From the human T2T-CHM13v2.0 reference genome, Homo sapiens, in assembly GCF_009914755.1 (NCBI RefSeq), contig NC_060932.1: a stretch of DNA of 64,000 nucleotides, one strand, 5' to 3'. Shown here piece after piece: positions 1-12,315 of the stretch. Made by a program: the position numbers and the translations under genes. Numbering within the stretch: position 1 is the first letter of the stretch; the number at the start of each line of letters is the position of its first letter. Under the pieces are notes generated by a model. It saw only the letters and a list, made by a program, of their open reading frames with translations, ran no database searches and had not been told where the DNA came from.

Positions 1-3000
1 ACTCTGGGGATGTCATTATCATGGCTGACCTTTCGTTTGGGGGAGCTGCTGCTCGCTGTCTGTGCAGCTCCGATCAGCTTGGCTTTGATTACCACCCACA
101 TCTGTTGAGCATGTGAGAGAGAGATTTTGAAAAATCTCAAGCACACTGACAACTGGCTACAAAGATTTAATTAAGACCGGTCAGAACTAATTTCAGTTAT
201 ATATTCCAGTTTAGGGTATCAACTCCTCTGGTTTCAGAAGGGGGAGTTATGACTTCCTAAAAGTTGTTGTTGAAGGCAGCATGAGGAAATCTCCTTGGGC
301 AAGCAGTGGGTTTCTTTGTCCTAGCTCCCCCACTGCTACCTGGGGTTAATGATTGCAGGGTGGCTGGCGTAATGAACCAGTGCCGGAAAGCTTATTATCA
401 ACATGCTGAAGTCATATTTAGAAATCATTCCTCCTCCTTTTTTCTCCTTTCCAATACAAGTCAGAGCACTGCTGTGGTTCCACCTAATAAATACTGCAGG
501 CTTCATTGGGCTGTTCAATGAGACCTAATATAGTATCATTTGTGCACTTTAGTGGGTGGTTCCTATTTATATTTTTGTGTGGTTTACTGCTCAATCTTGG
601 GAAGATGTGGGGTTTGAGGGTTTATCAGTTGCAGTTTTTTGTGGAACCAGTTTGAGTGAGACAAGACTTTGGCCATTATTTGTCGGGTTACATGGATCTC
701 CATATGAGCTATGAAGATACTGGAATAATTGGGTCACAATAATGTAAAATCGTAGTCTGTACTTTCAGCTCATTCCAGAGGAATGATTGGAAGCCCTGCT
801 CTCCCTCTCTTCTGCATGCAAACCTCAGGTGTGATTTCGGCCTGTGCCCAAGTGTTCTTGAAATGTTCAAGGCTGTCCGTTCCCACTCTGTGATGAGGCT
901 TCCGGTTGATGTGTGACATCACTTAGGGCAGGAACTGGCACTGTCTTGATCCTGGCTGTCCTAGAGAAGCTTCTGTGCTTGGCCTTGGGAAGCCACCCCA
1001 TTTGGTGCTGCTGTAGTCTCCTTTCTGCTCCTCTTTTAACAGCTGCCTCCCACCTGTGCTCACTTCCACCTGCAGGCCTTGTTTTCCAGTGGCACTGGAG
1101 TGCCATGCTGAGGTCACTGGACAAGTTCCTTATCAGAGCCCCCTTCCCATTAGAGTGAGGCTGCACCCCATCCTGCCTGGGCTTACTTTGTGCGTTGCTT
1201 GGGGGCATGGAGAAGGTTCTTGCCCTTGCTGCTTTATATGAGGTCCAATTCCTCCAGTGTTTGCCATCTCCTTTAGAGCTCTCTGGTGACAAAACCTTCT
1301 TCAGCTTGTCTACCCTCCAGGCTGGTGAGTTGAACTCAGACTGGTGCTCGGAAAGGTTAAAGGACTTGTCCAAGATGTTACCTTACTGGCAAACTGCATT
1401 CCCAAGTCTTTATTGATCTCCGAGGGCATCTCTTAATTTGTTGGAGTTTTCTTTTCCTGGAAAAAATACTGCTTGGGTCTCAGTTTCTCCACATATAAAA
1501 TCAGAATAAGACCATAAATTCATGTAGTTGAAAGGGGCGGTTTCAGGAAGAAAACTAAGATAATGAAAGCCTCCGGAAAAGGGTCTGGGACGACATTATT
1601 TACAGAGTACTTTCCACACATTGTCAGGGTGGGGCCGCACAGGAACCTTGTGGGGTAGGCATCATTGACCTGTTTCAAAAATGAACAAAGTCAGTCCCAG
1701 AGACCTTGAATGGAGGCTTATCAAAGCTAAGCATACGGCTTCAAGTTTAACCGTCAAATGGTAGAGTTAGTCATGGCTTTTGGATGTGCGGGCCAGGCAT
1801 GGTGCAGGGCCAGGTATGTTTTAGCCTTGTGGTTCTTTTCCTGATATTTCGGTCCTGTGGGCCTCCCCAAAGTGGCTTTGCACCTATGTTTGTTATGGGC
1901 ATAAGGAAGTTAGAATTCTATGAATATGTACTGATTTTTTGTGATTCTGAATTTAAATAGGCCTCTATAAAGCTAATACTTGAAGTTTTGTTGTAATGAA
2001 GCATCACAAATACTTTTACATAGGAAAAAGGACCAAGCTGATCTCCTTAAAGCGGTTGCAAAAACCACCCAGTTGTTATACGATTGTTTGTTTCATGTTT
2101 CTTGTTATGTGGCATATTTCCAGTAAGTGGAGGGACCAAATATTTTATAGTTACAGAAACTTCTTCTCTCCCTCCTTGAAGTTTAAAAAAGTGGATCAAA
2201 TGTCTGCCTATTTTCAAGGAGGCAGGGAGACAGAAGATCTTTTCCAGATTGCAGGAAGGCCAACGCAGGTTGCACCCAGAGAACTATGGAAACCACTGTT
2301 GAGGAGGAAGGAATTGGGTGAAAATTAAAGAATCAAGCTAGTAAAAGTGAAAAGAGGCCTTTGGTTTTTTTTTTTGGACAGTTTTTAAGGGCCTTCATAA
2401 ATACTTGGTGTACTCCTCAAAGACCAAGCGTTGAAGGGTTAAGTCAGGGAACTAAAACTTGGATTGTGTGTTGACCCCTGTGTAGCTGTGGCCAGGGCTC
2501 CTGATTTTCCCCTGACGATCCATTGGTAGAACAAGGCCAGTGGTACTGTTTTCTGGTGCAGGGGAGGCTCGGACCTGCAGGGGAGTTACGGAGGCTGGCC
2601 ACTGGTTTGGAGCAGACAGGTAAGTAGCCTCTAGGGAGGTGGTAGCTCTGTACAACAGTCTGTTCCCAATGTCTGGGTGACTCTTGTTCCCAATACTTGG
2701 CTCTCTTTTTGGATGTCAGAGTCATATTCTTCATTCTCCATGTCTCCTGCTAATTTTTGGCATTGACCCATCCAGGATTTATTTCAGCAGCTAGCATGGT
2801 GCCTGACCTATCCATAGTAGGTGCTTAGTAAATACTGCACTCCACAGGGGGAAGAGGGCAGGCACGTTCTGCCTATTGACGTGGTGGGAAGAGAGACCGT
2901 GCTTAGGGACAGGTTTGGGAGCTTCATTATTTCTGCCTTGGGACTGTTTGAATGCACCCTATTTTGCTATAGGGGAAACACTGCAATAACATAAATCCCA

Positions 3001-3029
3001 CTTGAATCATTCTTTGTTCTATCACCCCT

Positions 3030-3260
3030 GCCCTTATCACTGCTCTTGTAAGACAGACATCATAGGAGACTCCTAATCCTCTCCCTGCCTCTGGTGGGTG
3101 CATGACACTGATCTAGCTTCCACTTGCACAGTTCTCTCTCTCTCTGCCCCTAAAACAGAAATATGATCATGTTATTCTCCTACTTACATGCCCGTCAGTG
3201 GCTCCCCAGTGCCGTACTGCTGTGGCACACAGAACCCTACGTGATCTGGTCCTGCGTGCT
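3030..3260 (+). mobile_element. L2 LINE fragment
   Basis: Degenerate L2 motifs ctcctaatcctctccctgcctc and atgatcatgttattctcctactta...cagtggctcccc. Confidence 0.5.
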
Positions 3261-3539
3261 CTGTAAGTGGCAAGTCCCAGGGCCTCTTCGTGCAGGCTGT
3301 TCAAGGGGGTCTCATAACCTACCAGTCCGAGTTAGACTTGTTGAGTCTTAAAACCAAGCTGCTTTGAGTTGGGTCTTCAGATGAACTGGGAATCAACATA
3401 TTTGGGATGGATCTGTAGGGTGCATTTAAAAGGCACTGAATGTTTGGAATGGAGTGCAAGAATTAATGTTAAGTTACCAGAGAAAATTGAGGTATTAAGG
3501 GATCTGCGCATATAGTTTTCAAAAATCAATTAAACAAAA

Positions 3540-4190
3540 AGCCTGTTTTTTAACTGATTCTATAGTTCATTTGGAAGACTATGTATATTACATTATATCA
3601 TATATCTACATGTGTGATATATTTATAATAGAAAAATGAAGCAGAAACTTCTACTACCAAATATTAAAACACATTATAAAGTGCTGATAAAAGATGATGA
3701 TGTGGGCATAAAAACATGCAAATAATCCAACAAAATAGCACTTTTCAAAACTTTTTTTAGCGTATGGAATAACTTAATTATAAGTCGTTGGGGAAGGAAC
3801 AGATTATTTGATGAAGGGGGTTGTGAAATTGGGTATTTTAAAAAATCTATTTATATCTTTGCTTTGGTGACACACCAAAATATCTTTCATACGGATTGGA
3901 TTTAAGTATATATATTTAAAGCTCTAAGCGAGAAAAAAAATGTGGAGAAAATTTGATCTCTGAGAAAGAGGATTTTTTTTAAGCCTAAAAGCCAAAAACT
4001 CTAAGTGATTGCTCAACTTAAGTACATAACAGTATTCATTTTACTGAAGAATTACAAATAACTAATAATGATCACTAGAACAGAAAAATGTCAAAAGAAA
4101 AAACACACGGTATTCATTGTCCTCTCATAAAATTAAGAAAGATTTAGAAAATGCAAATACTCAGTGCTCATAACAATATGGTTAGATTTT
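3540..4190 (+). mobile_element. Old L1M (L1ME-like) ORF2 3' remnant
   Basis: A-rich degenerate ORF2 motifs: aactgattctatagttcatttggaa, ctaccaaatattaaaacacattataaag, ggggaaggaacagattatttgatgaa. Confidence 0.55.
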
Positions 4191-4599
4191 CAACACTTTC
4201 TAAAAGGAAAAATGTTAAAATAAATTCCAAAGAAAAAATTTTTTAAATGGTTTGGTTTTTACATATACTGGGGAAACTTACTATTTAAAGACTAGAGTTA
4301 ATTATTTCAAAATAAAAATAGTCTTTCTAATTTTAGTTTCATAATGTTGTTTTTTAATCTTTGTTTGATTTTAAACAACCTTTTAGTCTTTGGGCTGTCC
4401 AAAATTATAAATTATATGTCTGTAATTTACTATTGTTAATCATACAGTTCTCCATATAAAAAATGGCAGAGAGAAAAACTGGAAAAATATGCCCTGTGAA
4501 GGGGATTTATGATCCTTAATATCCCAGAAGAAGACCATAATGAGGCATCTTATGTAACAGAGAAGTCATATAGGGCTTCAGTTTCTAAAGTGCTCAAAT

Positions 4600-4860
4600 T
4601 TTAATTCATAGTGTGACTTTGAACAGGCTACTTTACCTCTCTTGGTCTCAGTGTCTTCATCTGTGAAATGGGAGGGTTGGGTTAGATCAGTTTCCCAGCT
4701 GAGATGCCCCGGCACAGCTGTGCCAAAATTCTGATGCCCCTCGGCCCTAAAGACAGCTGGACAGAGCTGGGGTGGAGGCCCTAGGTCAGTTACTTCCACC
4801 CAAGGGCAGCCATTTGTTTTTCCCAAGGAAAATAGTACCACAAATCACTCTCAATGCACT
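4600..4860. mobile_element. MIR3 core (+) joined to MER117-like hAT-Charlie MITE (-); inverted copy of 6672-6955
   Basis: MIR core tgtgactttgaacagg...ctcagtgtcttcatctgtgaaatgggagggttgggttagat, then reverse complement of the MITE at 6616-6813. Confidence 0.6.
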
Positions 4861-6054
4861 CTTAGATAATGAGTTGTCTTACTTTTAAATTCAAGAGGTG
4901 AGAGCTACATGGAAGAGGAGATAATTTTGGACATCACAGTGAACCATTCGTCCTTCCCAGTCAATATTCAATAGGTATGTTAAAAAATGAATGGAAGAAA
5001 ACACATCAAAATGTTATTAGTAATTATCTCTGGTGATTGACTTACAGGTAATTTTTATTTGCTTATTTATAATATTCCGCCTCATTCAAATTTACTGTTA
5101 AGAATTTGTTAAATTTAAATAAGAAAAGTTATTTAAAACAAATCCCAACCTGTACCCATTTTTACATTTAAAAACTCCATGAGTACGAGTGACGGCTATG
5201 GCTGTCAGAGTTAAGAATCTAACAAAAATAAAACGGCAAACATGGACCCATTTCACATTATGGAAATATCCTGGGATATTTTCATTCCAAGGTTTCTTGC
5301 TCAGTGCTTACTTTCAAGGCTGGTTTCAGGTGTGAGGAAGAAGCTTTGAGCAGAAGGCCTGTTTGTAGAGTGAGTGAGTAGCCTTCTTACTTGGGGCAGC
5401 TGACCCCAAAGGTCTTCCTCTCCATCTCCCTCCTTCAGTGCTTTCTTCCCTTATTTTTCCCCTTCCCTGTGACCCCTGAATTGCTGATAATTCCTTTCCT
5501 TCTTTGTTCTTCTCAATCCCTGGTGTGTATATGGTTAGAAGTTCCGGTGCCCACTTAGCTGAGCCACAGAGATTCCATTTTTAACTGGTCCCTCATATGC
5601 CAGCCCATCTAGTTCCTCAGGCATTACCGCCTTCCCTCTCCCAGCTTTATTCTGCTTATTTACATCTTTCTGGGAATGATGTGCTTCAAACTTTCCAACC
5701 TATTAGTTTAAACCAGATTTAGTGGCAGGGGCGGGGGGAAGTAGACTTTCTCTGCCCTTTGGTTTTGCTTTACTTTGAGATAAACACTATATACATTAAA
5801 GGTGCTTAAATGATGTTTTCTCTGACTTCCTAAAGGGGTTACTTTTCATTGACTCCTAACATTTTAATTCTCTGATTGTGATTGTTTTGTCTAAATCATG
5901 GGGTGGAGTGCATGTGGGGAATTAGAAAACTAATTGTCATTATAACCTTTCAGCAGAATTTTGGAATGATTAATAGCTATGTTAATATGCCATAACATAA
6001 TTACTTATAAAAATCAGAATATACCACCACCTTGTTAGTATTAAAATGGTGCTA

Positions 6055-6407
<353 letters not shown>

Positions 6408-6574
6408 TTACAGTGTACCTTAACTTTCTGAGCATAGATAACAAATGAAGATAATAAGAAATATTGTTTTATATTGTTTATAAAGCACTGTGCCCTACAT
6501 TGCAGTTTATAGAACCACATAACAGTTGGCCATGGGCAGTATCTCAGGAAGCCTTAAAATCTCGGGAAGACTGA

Positions 6575-6925
6575 CAGAATGGCGGAGCTAAGATGGACCT
6601 CAGGGTCATCTAATCCAGTGTTTCCCAACCATTTTCACATCATGGCACACATTGAAAAGGTGCACAGCACACCCTGGGGAAATAAATGACTGCTCTTGGC
6701 TGGAGGTAGTGGATCTGAGGACTCCAGCCTAGGCTGTGTCCAGCTCCCCTGAGGGCTGATGGGCATCAGAACCTTGGCGCAGCTGTCCTGGGGCATTCCA
6801 GTTGGGAACTGTGATCTAACCCAACCCTGCCATTTTACAGATGAGACACATCTGCATTTACATATCGAGACCCAGAGAGGTAAAGTAGATTGTTCAAGGT
6901 TACACAGTGAATTAGTGACATTATG
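6575..6925 (-). mobile_element. MIR3 interrupted by MER117-like MITE
   Basis: ggacctcagggtcatctaatc...[MITE]...atctaacccaaccctgccattttacagatgag...gaggtaaagtagattgttcaaggttacacag. Confidence 0.65.
6616..6813 (+). mobile_element. MER117-like hAT-Charlie MITE
   Basis: Termini cagtgtttcccaac ... gttgggaactgtg; 8-bp TSD atctaatc/atctaacc (hAT-type); internal gagggctgatgggcatc resembles remembered MER117. Confidence 0.6.
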
Positions 6926-7699
6926 ATAAATAGAATTTGAGCATTTCAGAAACTGGAGTTTAATATAACTTCTCTTTTACATTGCATGCCTCATTATGTT
7001 GTTCTTACAGTACATTAGAACTTTTATAGGGCACGTTTTTCCAAAAGGTTTACCTCTGCCATATTGTATATGGAGAAGTATGATTAATATTAGTAAATTA
7101 TAGATATATCTCTTTTGGACAACCTAAAGAATAAAAGGCTCTTTTAAACCCCAAATTCAAGTTAAAAATTAAGATTACGATGCTAAAAATAGTCTAACAT
7201 ATGTAAAAATGATTTAAAAAATTTTATTTACACAAAGAATGTACTCAGGCTATGAAACTTGTATGCTGGCAGTTGCCTCACTTTAAAAAATAAAAGAGAG
7301 AAAAGTAAGATGGAAAAGAAAATTAAAATTGTAAACATTTTAATGACTCACCACTACCTCCATCCTTAGATTTCTTTGCCATCAACTATTTAAACCCTTT
7401 AAGAATATTAGGAAACCGTGGTTACTTGGCGTGGTTTTATAAATCTGTTCTGGTAATCTCTAAATTCTCCTTCAACCCCATGATGATTCACTGATTCTAG
7501 TGTAATGAGGGCTTGGTTCAGCCTTACATATATTTATGTGTGTGTCAACCAAGATGTACATGGGAACATGGCATCTCATCTTCAGTTCTTTGTCTGAACC
7601 ACAAAATTTATGTGCCAATTCAGGACAGTTTATGGCGCTAGGTTTGTAACATCAGAGTGACTTGTTCCACCATGACCTCAAGATGGTAGCTGTAGACTA

Positions 7700-7890
7700 G
7701 CGACACCTTCCATTAACAGCTGGTTGACCTTGGAGAAGTTCTATAATCTCTTTTTTTGCCTCTGTTTTTTCATCTGTGAAGTGAAGGACAGGCTGCCTAC
7801 CTGCTAGGATTGTTATATGGATTAAATGCATTAGTTAGTGCAAAGTCTTGAACAACACCCAGTGCACACAGAAATAAATATGATAAATAA
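7700..7890 (+). mobile_element. MIR
   Basis: tgaccttggagaagtt...gcctctgtttttcatctgtgaa...ggattgttatatggattaaatg. Confidence 0.65.
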
Positions 7891-8949
7891 GTACAGTGAA
7901 TGTGGGCCGTTTTCATCACCATTATTAGTAATAGCTGCCATGAGTTGTCATTGAACAGGGAGCAGTAAGGGGGCCTCCAGGTATAAACAAGACCCACCCT
8001 GCTTTGTCAGTCTCAGGTTTTATAAAAATAGTCGCTGCCTAACTGAGTTCTTGGGGCACTAAGGAATAGGATTATTATTACCAGATGCCCCTGAGTCTCT
8101 CTGCTTATTGAGGCGTTTTTTTTTTTTTTTTTTTTTTTGGTAGGGCTTTGTTTGGGAAAAAAAAGAAAGAAAATCTACCTCCAGGGACATGGGTAAAATA
8201 TTTTTTCCCTTAGTTAACGTTAAATTCCAGTCATTCTTTTGCAGAAGTGTTGTGGAACAGAAGGGAGGGGTAAAGATTCCAACTTTAGACATTAGACTAA
8301 GAATGCATGTAATGAGTACCCAGACAGCATGACACTTTTTCAGTTATCACTGCCACCCCCATCCCCCCAAAAAAACACACTGTGAGGGAAAGAGCAAGAG
8401 CTGTGAACTCAGACAGGCTGAGTGCAGCCCCTAGCCCGCACTTAATGGCTGAGTACATCCGGGCTATGCATTCACCTTCTCTGATGGGTCTTCTAGGTTG
8501 GAGTCATCTTCTAGAGGTGCTGTAAGCTGGTGTAAGAGACTAGCAAAGTGCCAGCAGCATAGGCCCTGTGCCCTAAATGGGCCCACATTTTTCTGAGTTC
8601 ATCTTTGCTAAAGGGATTTTTTTTCTTAAGTACATACTGTATCCAGAATTGGTGGGTTCTTGGTCTCACCAACTTCAAGAATGAAGCCGCAGACCCTTGC
8701 GGTGAATGTTGTAGTTCTTAAAGGCAGCGTGTCCAGAGTTTGTTCCTTCTGATGTTTAGATGTGTTTGGAGTTTTTTCCTTCTGGTGGGTGCTTGGTCTC
8801 GCTGGCTTCAGGAGTGAAGCTGCAGACCTTCGTGGTGAGTGTTACAGCTCATAAAGGTGGTGTGGACCCAAAGAGTGAGCAGTAGCAAGATTTACTGCAA
8901 AGAGCAAAAGAACAAAGCTTCCACAGTGTGGAAGGGGGACCCGAGCAGG

Positions 8950-8995
8950 TTCCCACTGCTGGCTTGGGCAGCTTGCTTTTATTCTCTTATCTGGC
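8950..8995 (-). promoter_or_regulatory. LTR12 core promoter (GATA box and AATAAAA TATA-like box), predicted TSS near 8957 firing leftward
   Basis: Minus strand GGGCCAGATAAGAGAATAAAAGC...CAGCAGTGG matches the known ERV9 LTR promoter layout; activity is inferred. Confidence 0.65.
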
Positions 8996-9009
8996 CCCAC
9001 CCACATCCT

Positions 9010-9440
9010 GTTGATTGGTCCATTTTACAGAAAGCTGATTGGTCTGTTTTATAGAGAGCTGATTGGTCTGTTTTGACAGGGTGCTGATTGGTGCGTTTAC
9101 AATCCCTGAGCTAGACACAAAAATTCTCTATGTCCTCACTAGATTAGCTAGACACAGAGCACTGATTGGTGCATTTGCAAACCTTGAGCTAGACACAGGG
9201 TGCTGATTGGTGTATTTACAATCTCTTAGCTAGACGTAAAGGTTCTCCAAGTCCCCACCAGATTAGCTAGACACAGAGTGCTGATTGGTGCATTCACAGA
9301 CTCTGAGCTAGACACAGAGTGCTGATTGGGGCATTTACAAACCTTGAGCTAGACACAGAGTGCTGATTGGGGCATTTACAAACCTTGAGCTAGACACAGA
9401 GTGCTGATTGGTGTATCTGCAATCCCTTAGCTAGACATAA
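9010..9440 (-). repeat. LTR12 U3 enhancer tandem repeats (about 24-41 bp units) with 10 CCAAT boxes
   Basis: ATTGG on + at 9014, 9038, 9062, 9087, 9165, 9206, 9284, 9325, 9366, 9407 in gctagacacagagtgctgattgg-type units. Confidence 0.9.
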
Positions 9441-10152
9441 AGGTTCTCCAAGTCCCCACTAGACTCAGGAGCCCAGCTGGCTTCACCCAATGGATCCTGC
9501 ACTGGGGCCACAGGTGGAGCTGCCTGCCAGTCCTGCTCGGTGTGCCCGCACTCCTCAGCCCTTGGGCAGTAGATGGGACCAGGTGCCATGGAGCAGGGGG
9601 CGGCGCTCGTTGGGGAGGCTTGGGCATGGCGGGCTGCAGGTCCTGAGCCCTGCCCCGCGGGGAGGCAGCTGAGGTCCGGTGAGAATTCGAGTGCAGTGCC
9701 GGCGGGCCAGCACTGCTGGGGGACCCAGTGCACCCTCCGCTGCTGCTGGCCCGGGTGTTAAGCCCCTCACTGCCCGGGGCCGGCGGTGCCCACTGGCCGC
9801 TCAGAGTGCGGGGCCTGCCGAGCCCACGCCCACCTGGAACTCACTCTGACCTGCAAGCGCCGTGCGCAGCCCCGGTTCCTGCCTGTGTTTCTCCCTCCAC
9901 ACCTCCCTGCAAGCTGAGGGAGCTGGCCCCAGCCTCGGCTAGCCCAGAAGGGGGCCCCCACAGTGCAGTGGTGGGCTGAAGGGCCCACCTCTCGAACGTG
10001 GCCAGAGCGGACGCTGAGGCTGAGGAGGTGCTGAGAGCAAGTGAGGGATGCGAGGGCTGCCAGCACGCTGTCACCTCTCAATACTTTAGGCAATTTCTTG
10101 TGGTGGCACATTTGAGACTGTTTCATGCCAGTGGCTTTTCCATTTTCCTTTC

Positions 10153-10439
10153 TTTTTTTGAGACTCTTGCTCTGTTGCCTAGGCTGGAGTACAGTGATGC
10201 GATGATAACTCACTGTAACTTCAAACTCCAGGGCTCAAGCGATCCTCCCACCTCAGCCTCCTGAGTAGCCAAGACTATAGGCGCATACCACCATACCTGG
10301 CTATTTTTTTTTTATTTTTTGTAGAGACGAGGGCTCGTCATGTTGCCCAGGCTGATCTCAAACTCCTGGACTCAGCCAGTCTTCCTACCTCGGCCTCCAA
10401 GAGTGCTGGGATTCCAGGCATGAGCCACTGTGCCTGGCT
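10153..10439 (-). mobile_element. AluJ
   Basis: J-type features (ggctcaagcgatcctcccacctcagcc, ttgtagagac, tgttgcccaggctg); poly-T at left. Confidence 0.9.
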
Positions 10440-10645
10440 GGCCTTTTCACTTTCTATTAATGGTTCTCGGGGTCATCTCCCGCTGCCCTTCTCCCCCAGG
10501 AATATTTTAGCAGCATTCTAAGTTATTTCAGCTCCTTCAGTTTTGTTGCTCATATCTTTGCTACCCTTGCTCACCATTACAATTCAAAGCCTCACTGTTC
10601 TTGCTTTCTCACTGATGGGTTAACCTTTTTTTCTTCTATCACAAA

Positions 10646-11135
10646 TAGGGTTGCTAGATAAAATATTGGGCACCCAGTTAAGATGGAATTTCAGATAAAT
10701 GCCAAACAATTTTTTTTTTTTTTCGAGTCAGAGTCTCCCTCTCTAGCCCAGGCTGGAGTGCAATGGTGCGATCTTGGCTCACTGCAACCTCCGCCTCCCA
10801 GGTCCCAGTTCAAGCAATTCTCCTGCGTCAGCCTCCGAGTAGCTGGGATTACAGGCATGTGCCACCACGCCCAGCTAATTTTTGTATTTTTAGTAGAGAT
10901 GGGGTTTCACCATGTTGGCCAGGCTGGTCTTAGACTTCTGACATCATGATTCGCCCGCCTTGGCCTCCCAAAGTGCCGGGATTACAGGTGTGAGCCACTG
11001 TGCCCGGCCCCAAATAATTTTTTAGCCTAAGTGTGGCCCATCCACTATTTGGGACATACTTAAACTAAAAATTATTTGTTTATCTGGAATTCAGATTTAA
11101 CAGAGCATCCTGTATTTTTAAGTCTGGCCACTCTA
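10646..11135. mobile_element. MER53 palindromic MITE split by an Alu
   Basis: tagggttgctagataaaata...cccagttaa...gaatttcagataaa [Alu] aataattttttag...tgggacatactta...ttatctggaattcagatttaac...ctggccactcta; CAAA flanks both ends. Confidence 0.8.
10716..11009 (-). mobile_element. AluS (Sg-like) inserted in MER53
   Basis: Full dimer; TSD ccaaa(c/t)aatttttt; small insertion ggtcccagttcaag in right arm. Confidence 0.93.
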
Positions 11136-12010
11136 CAAATATCTGTACCAATTCTCCCATTACAACTTTTTACCCACACGGCAGCATGTTTTGGCCAAGA
11201 GGAATAAAAGAGGCTTCTCAGATATTTCCTAAGGCCCTGTTTTGACGAACTTAAAGAGAAAATGCCGACAGGTTAATAGGAGATTCTGACAACGAAGAGG
11301 AATTCCTGTGATTTTAGGGGTTGAGATATATATCGACTTCGATTTGGGAGATCACTTGGTAAATGTGAGGTGTCTGTATTTTGGGCTGAATGTCAACTCT
11401 GGAAGTAGGTAAAAGTTAAGTTTTATATCCACATGCTATTCCACCTCCGTTCAAAACTTAGAAAAATATTGTCTTCCATACCTAATTCACAGTCCTAATG
11501 ATCAGGTATTAGCTGAACAGAACAAAGAAGCCTGCCTTAGAGGATGTTGTGAATGGGTTTTGGGGATGGAGACTTGAGACACAATATAAAAAGATGGTCA
11601 GACCAGTTAAGTATGACATGAGGCAGTTTTATGAAACGTAAAAATGGCTTTTTCATGCAGCTCAGAGGCATGGATATAGAAAGGGAAAAACCAAAAAGAA
11701 ATGATTTGTGTATGTCAGCCCACTAACATTTTTGGAAATGTGCCTGAGGACTACCGAAGTAATCAGATGACATGGACTTGCCCCTTGAGGAATTTAATTT
11801 ATGGGTGAGAAATTTGAAAAGAAAGTGGCTTATCCTAGCTTTTCTTTTTTTTTTTTTCCTTTTGTTTCTTCCAAAAATTTTCTCCCAAGGGACAGAAGTG
11901 GGTCTGCCACAGCTATGGATAGGAATAACCAAGTGAAGGGAGGCAGTGACGTGGGTACTTCCACATAGAGGCTGCACTCTGATGATTCAGGAATATTTCT
12001 TGAGTACCCT

Positions 12011-12315
12011 TTTATTTTATTTTATTTTATTTTATTATTTTGAGACAGGGTCTTGCTCTGTTGCCCAGGCTGGACTGCAGTAGTGCGACCTTTGCTCACT
12101 GTAGCCTCAACCTCTATGGCCCAAGGGATCCTCCCACCTCAGCCTCAACAAGTAGCTGAGACTACAGGTGTGTGCCACCATGCCTGGCTAATTTTTCTAA
12201 TTTTTGTAGATACGGGGTTTCACCATGTTGCCTAGGCCAATCTCCAACTCCTGGACTCAAGCAGTCCCCCTCCCTTGGCCTCCCAAAGTGCTGGGATTAC
12301 AGGCATGAGCCACTG
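12011..12315 (-). mobile_element. AluJ
   Basis: (TTTTA)n tail; gagacagggtcttgctctgttgcccaggc; TSD ttgagtacc. Confidence 0.92.

Larger units (their letters stand above)
8638..10080 (-). mobile_element. Solo LTR12-family (LTR12C/D/E; ERV9/HERV9) LTR, about 1.44 kb
   Basis: Minus strand begins TGAGAGGTGACAGCGTGCTGGCAG and ends CCACCAATTCTGGATACA (TG...CA); perfect 4-bp TSD ATAC at 8634-8637 and 10081-10084; GC/CpG-rich 5' U3 plus tandem CCAAT repeats. Confidence 0.95.

Noticed and set aside
867-1373. 168-aa minus-strand ORF and the other 60-150 aa ORFs in unique DNA
   Set aside because: No recognisable domain or exon structure; lengths expected by chance in a six-frame scan that allows alternative starts.
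9010-9440. Regularly spaced repeats resembling a CRISPR array
   Set aside because: Units are tandem without unique spacers and sit inside an LTR12 U3 in primate DNA; no cas genes.
9427-10264. Cluster of overlapping ORFs on both strands
   Set aside because: Result of the GC-rich, stop-poor LTR12 U3 and the adjacent Alu.
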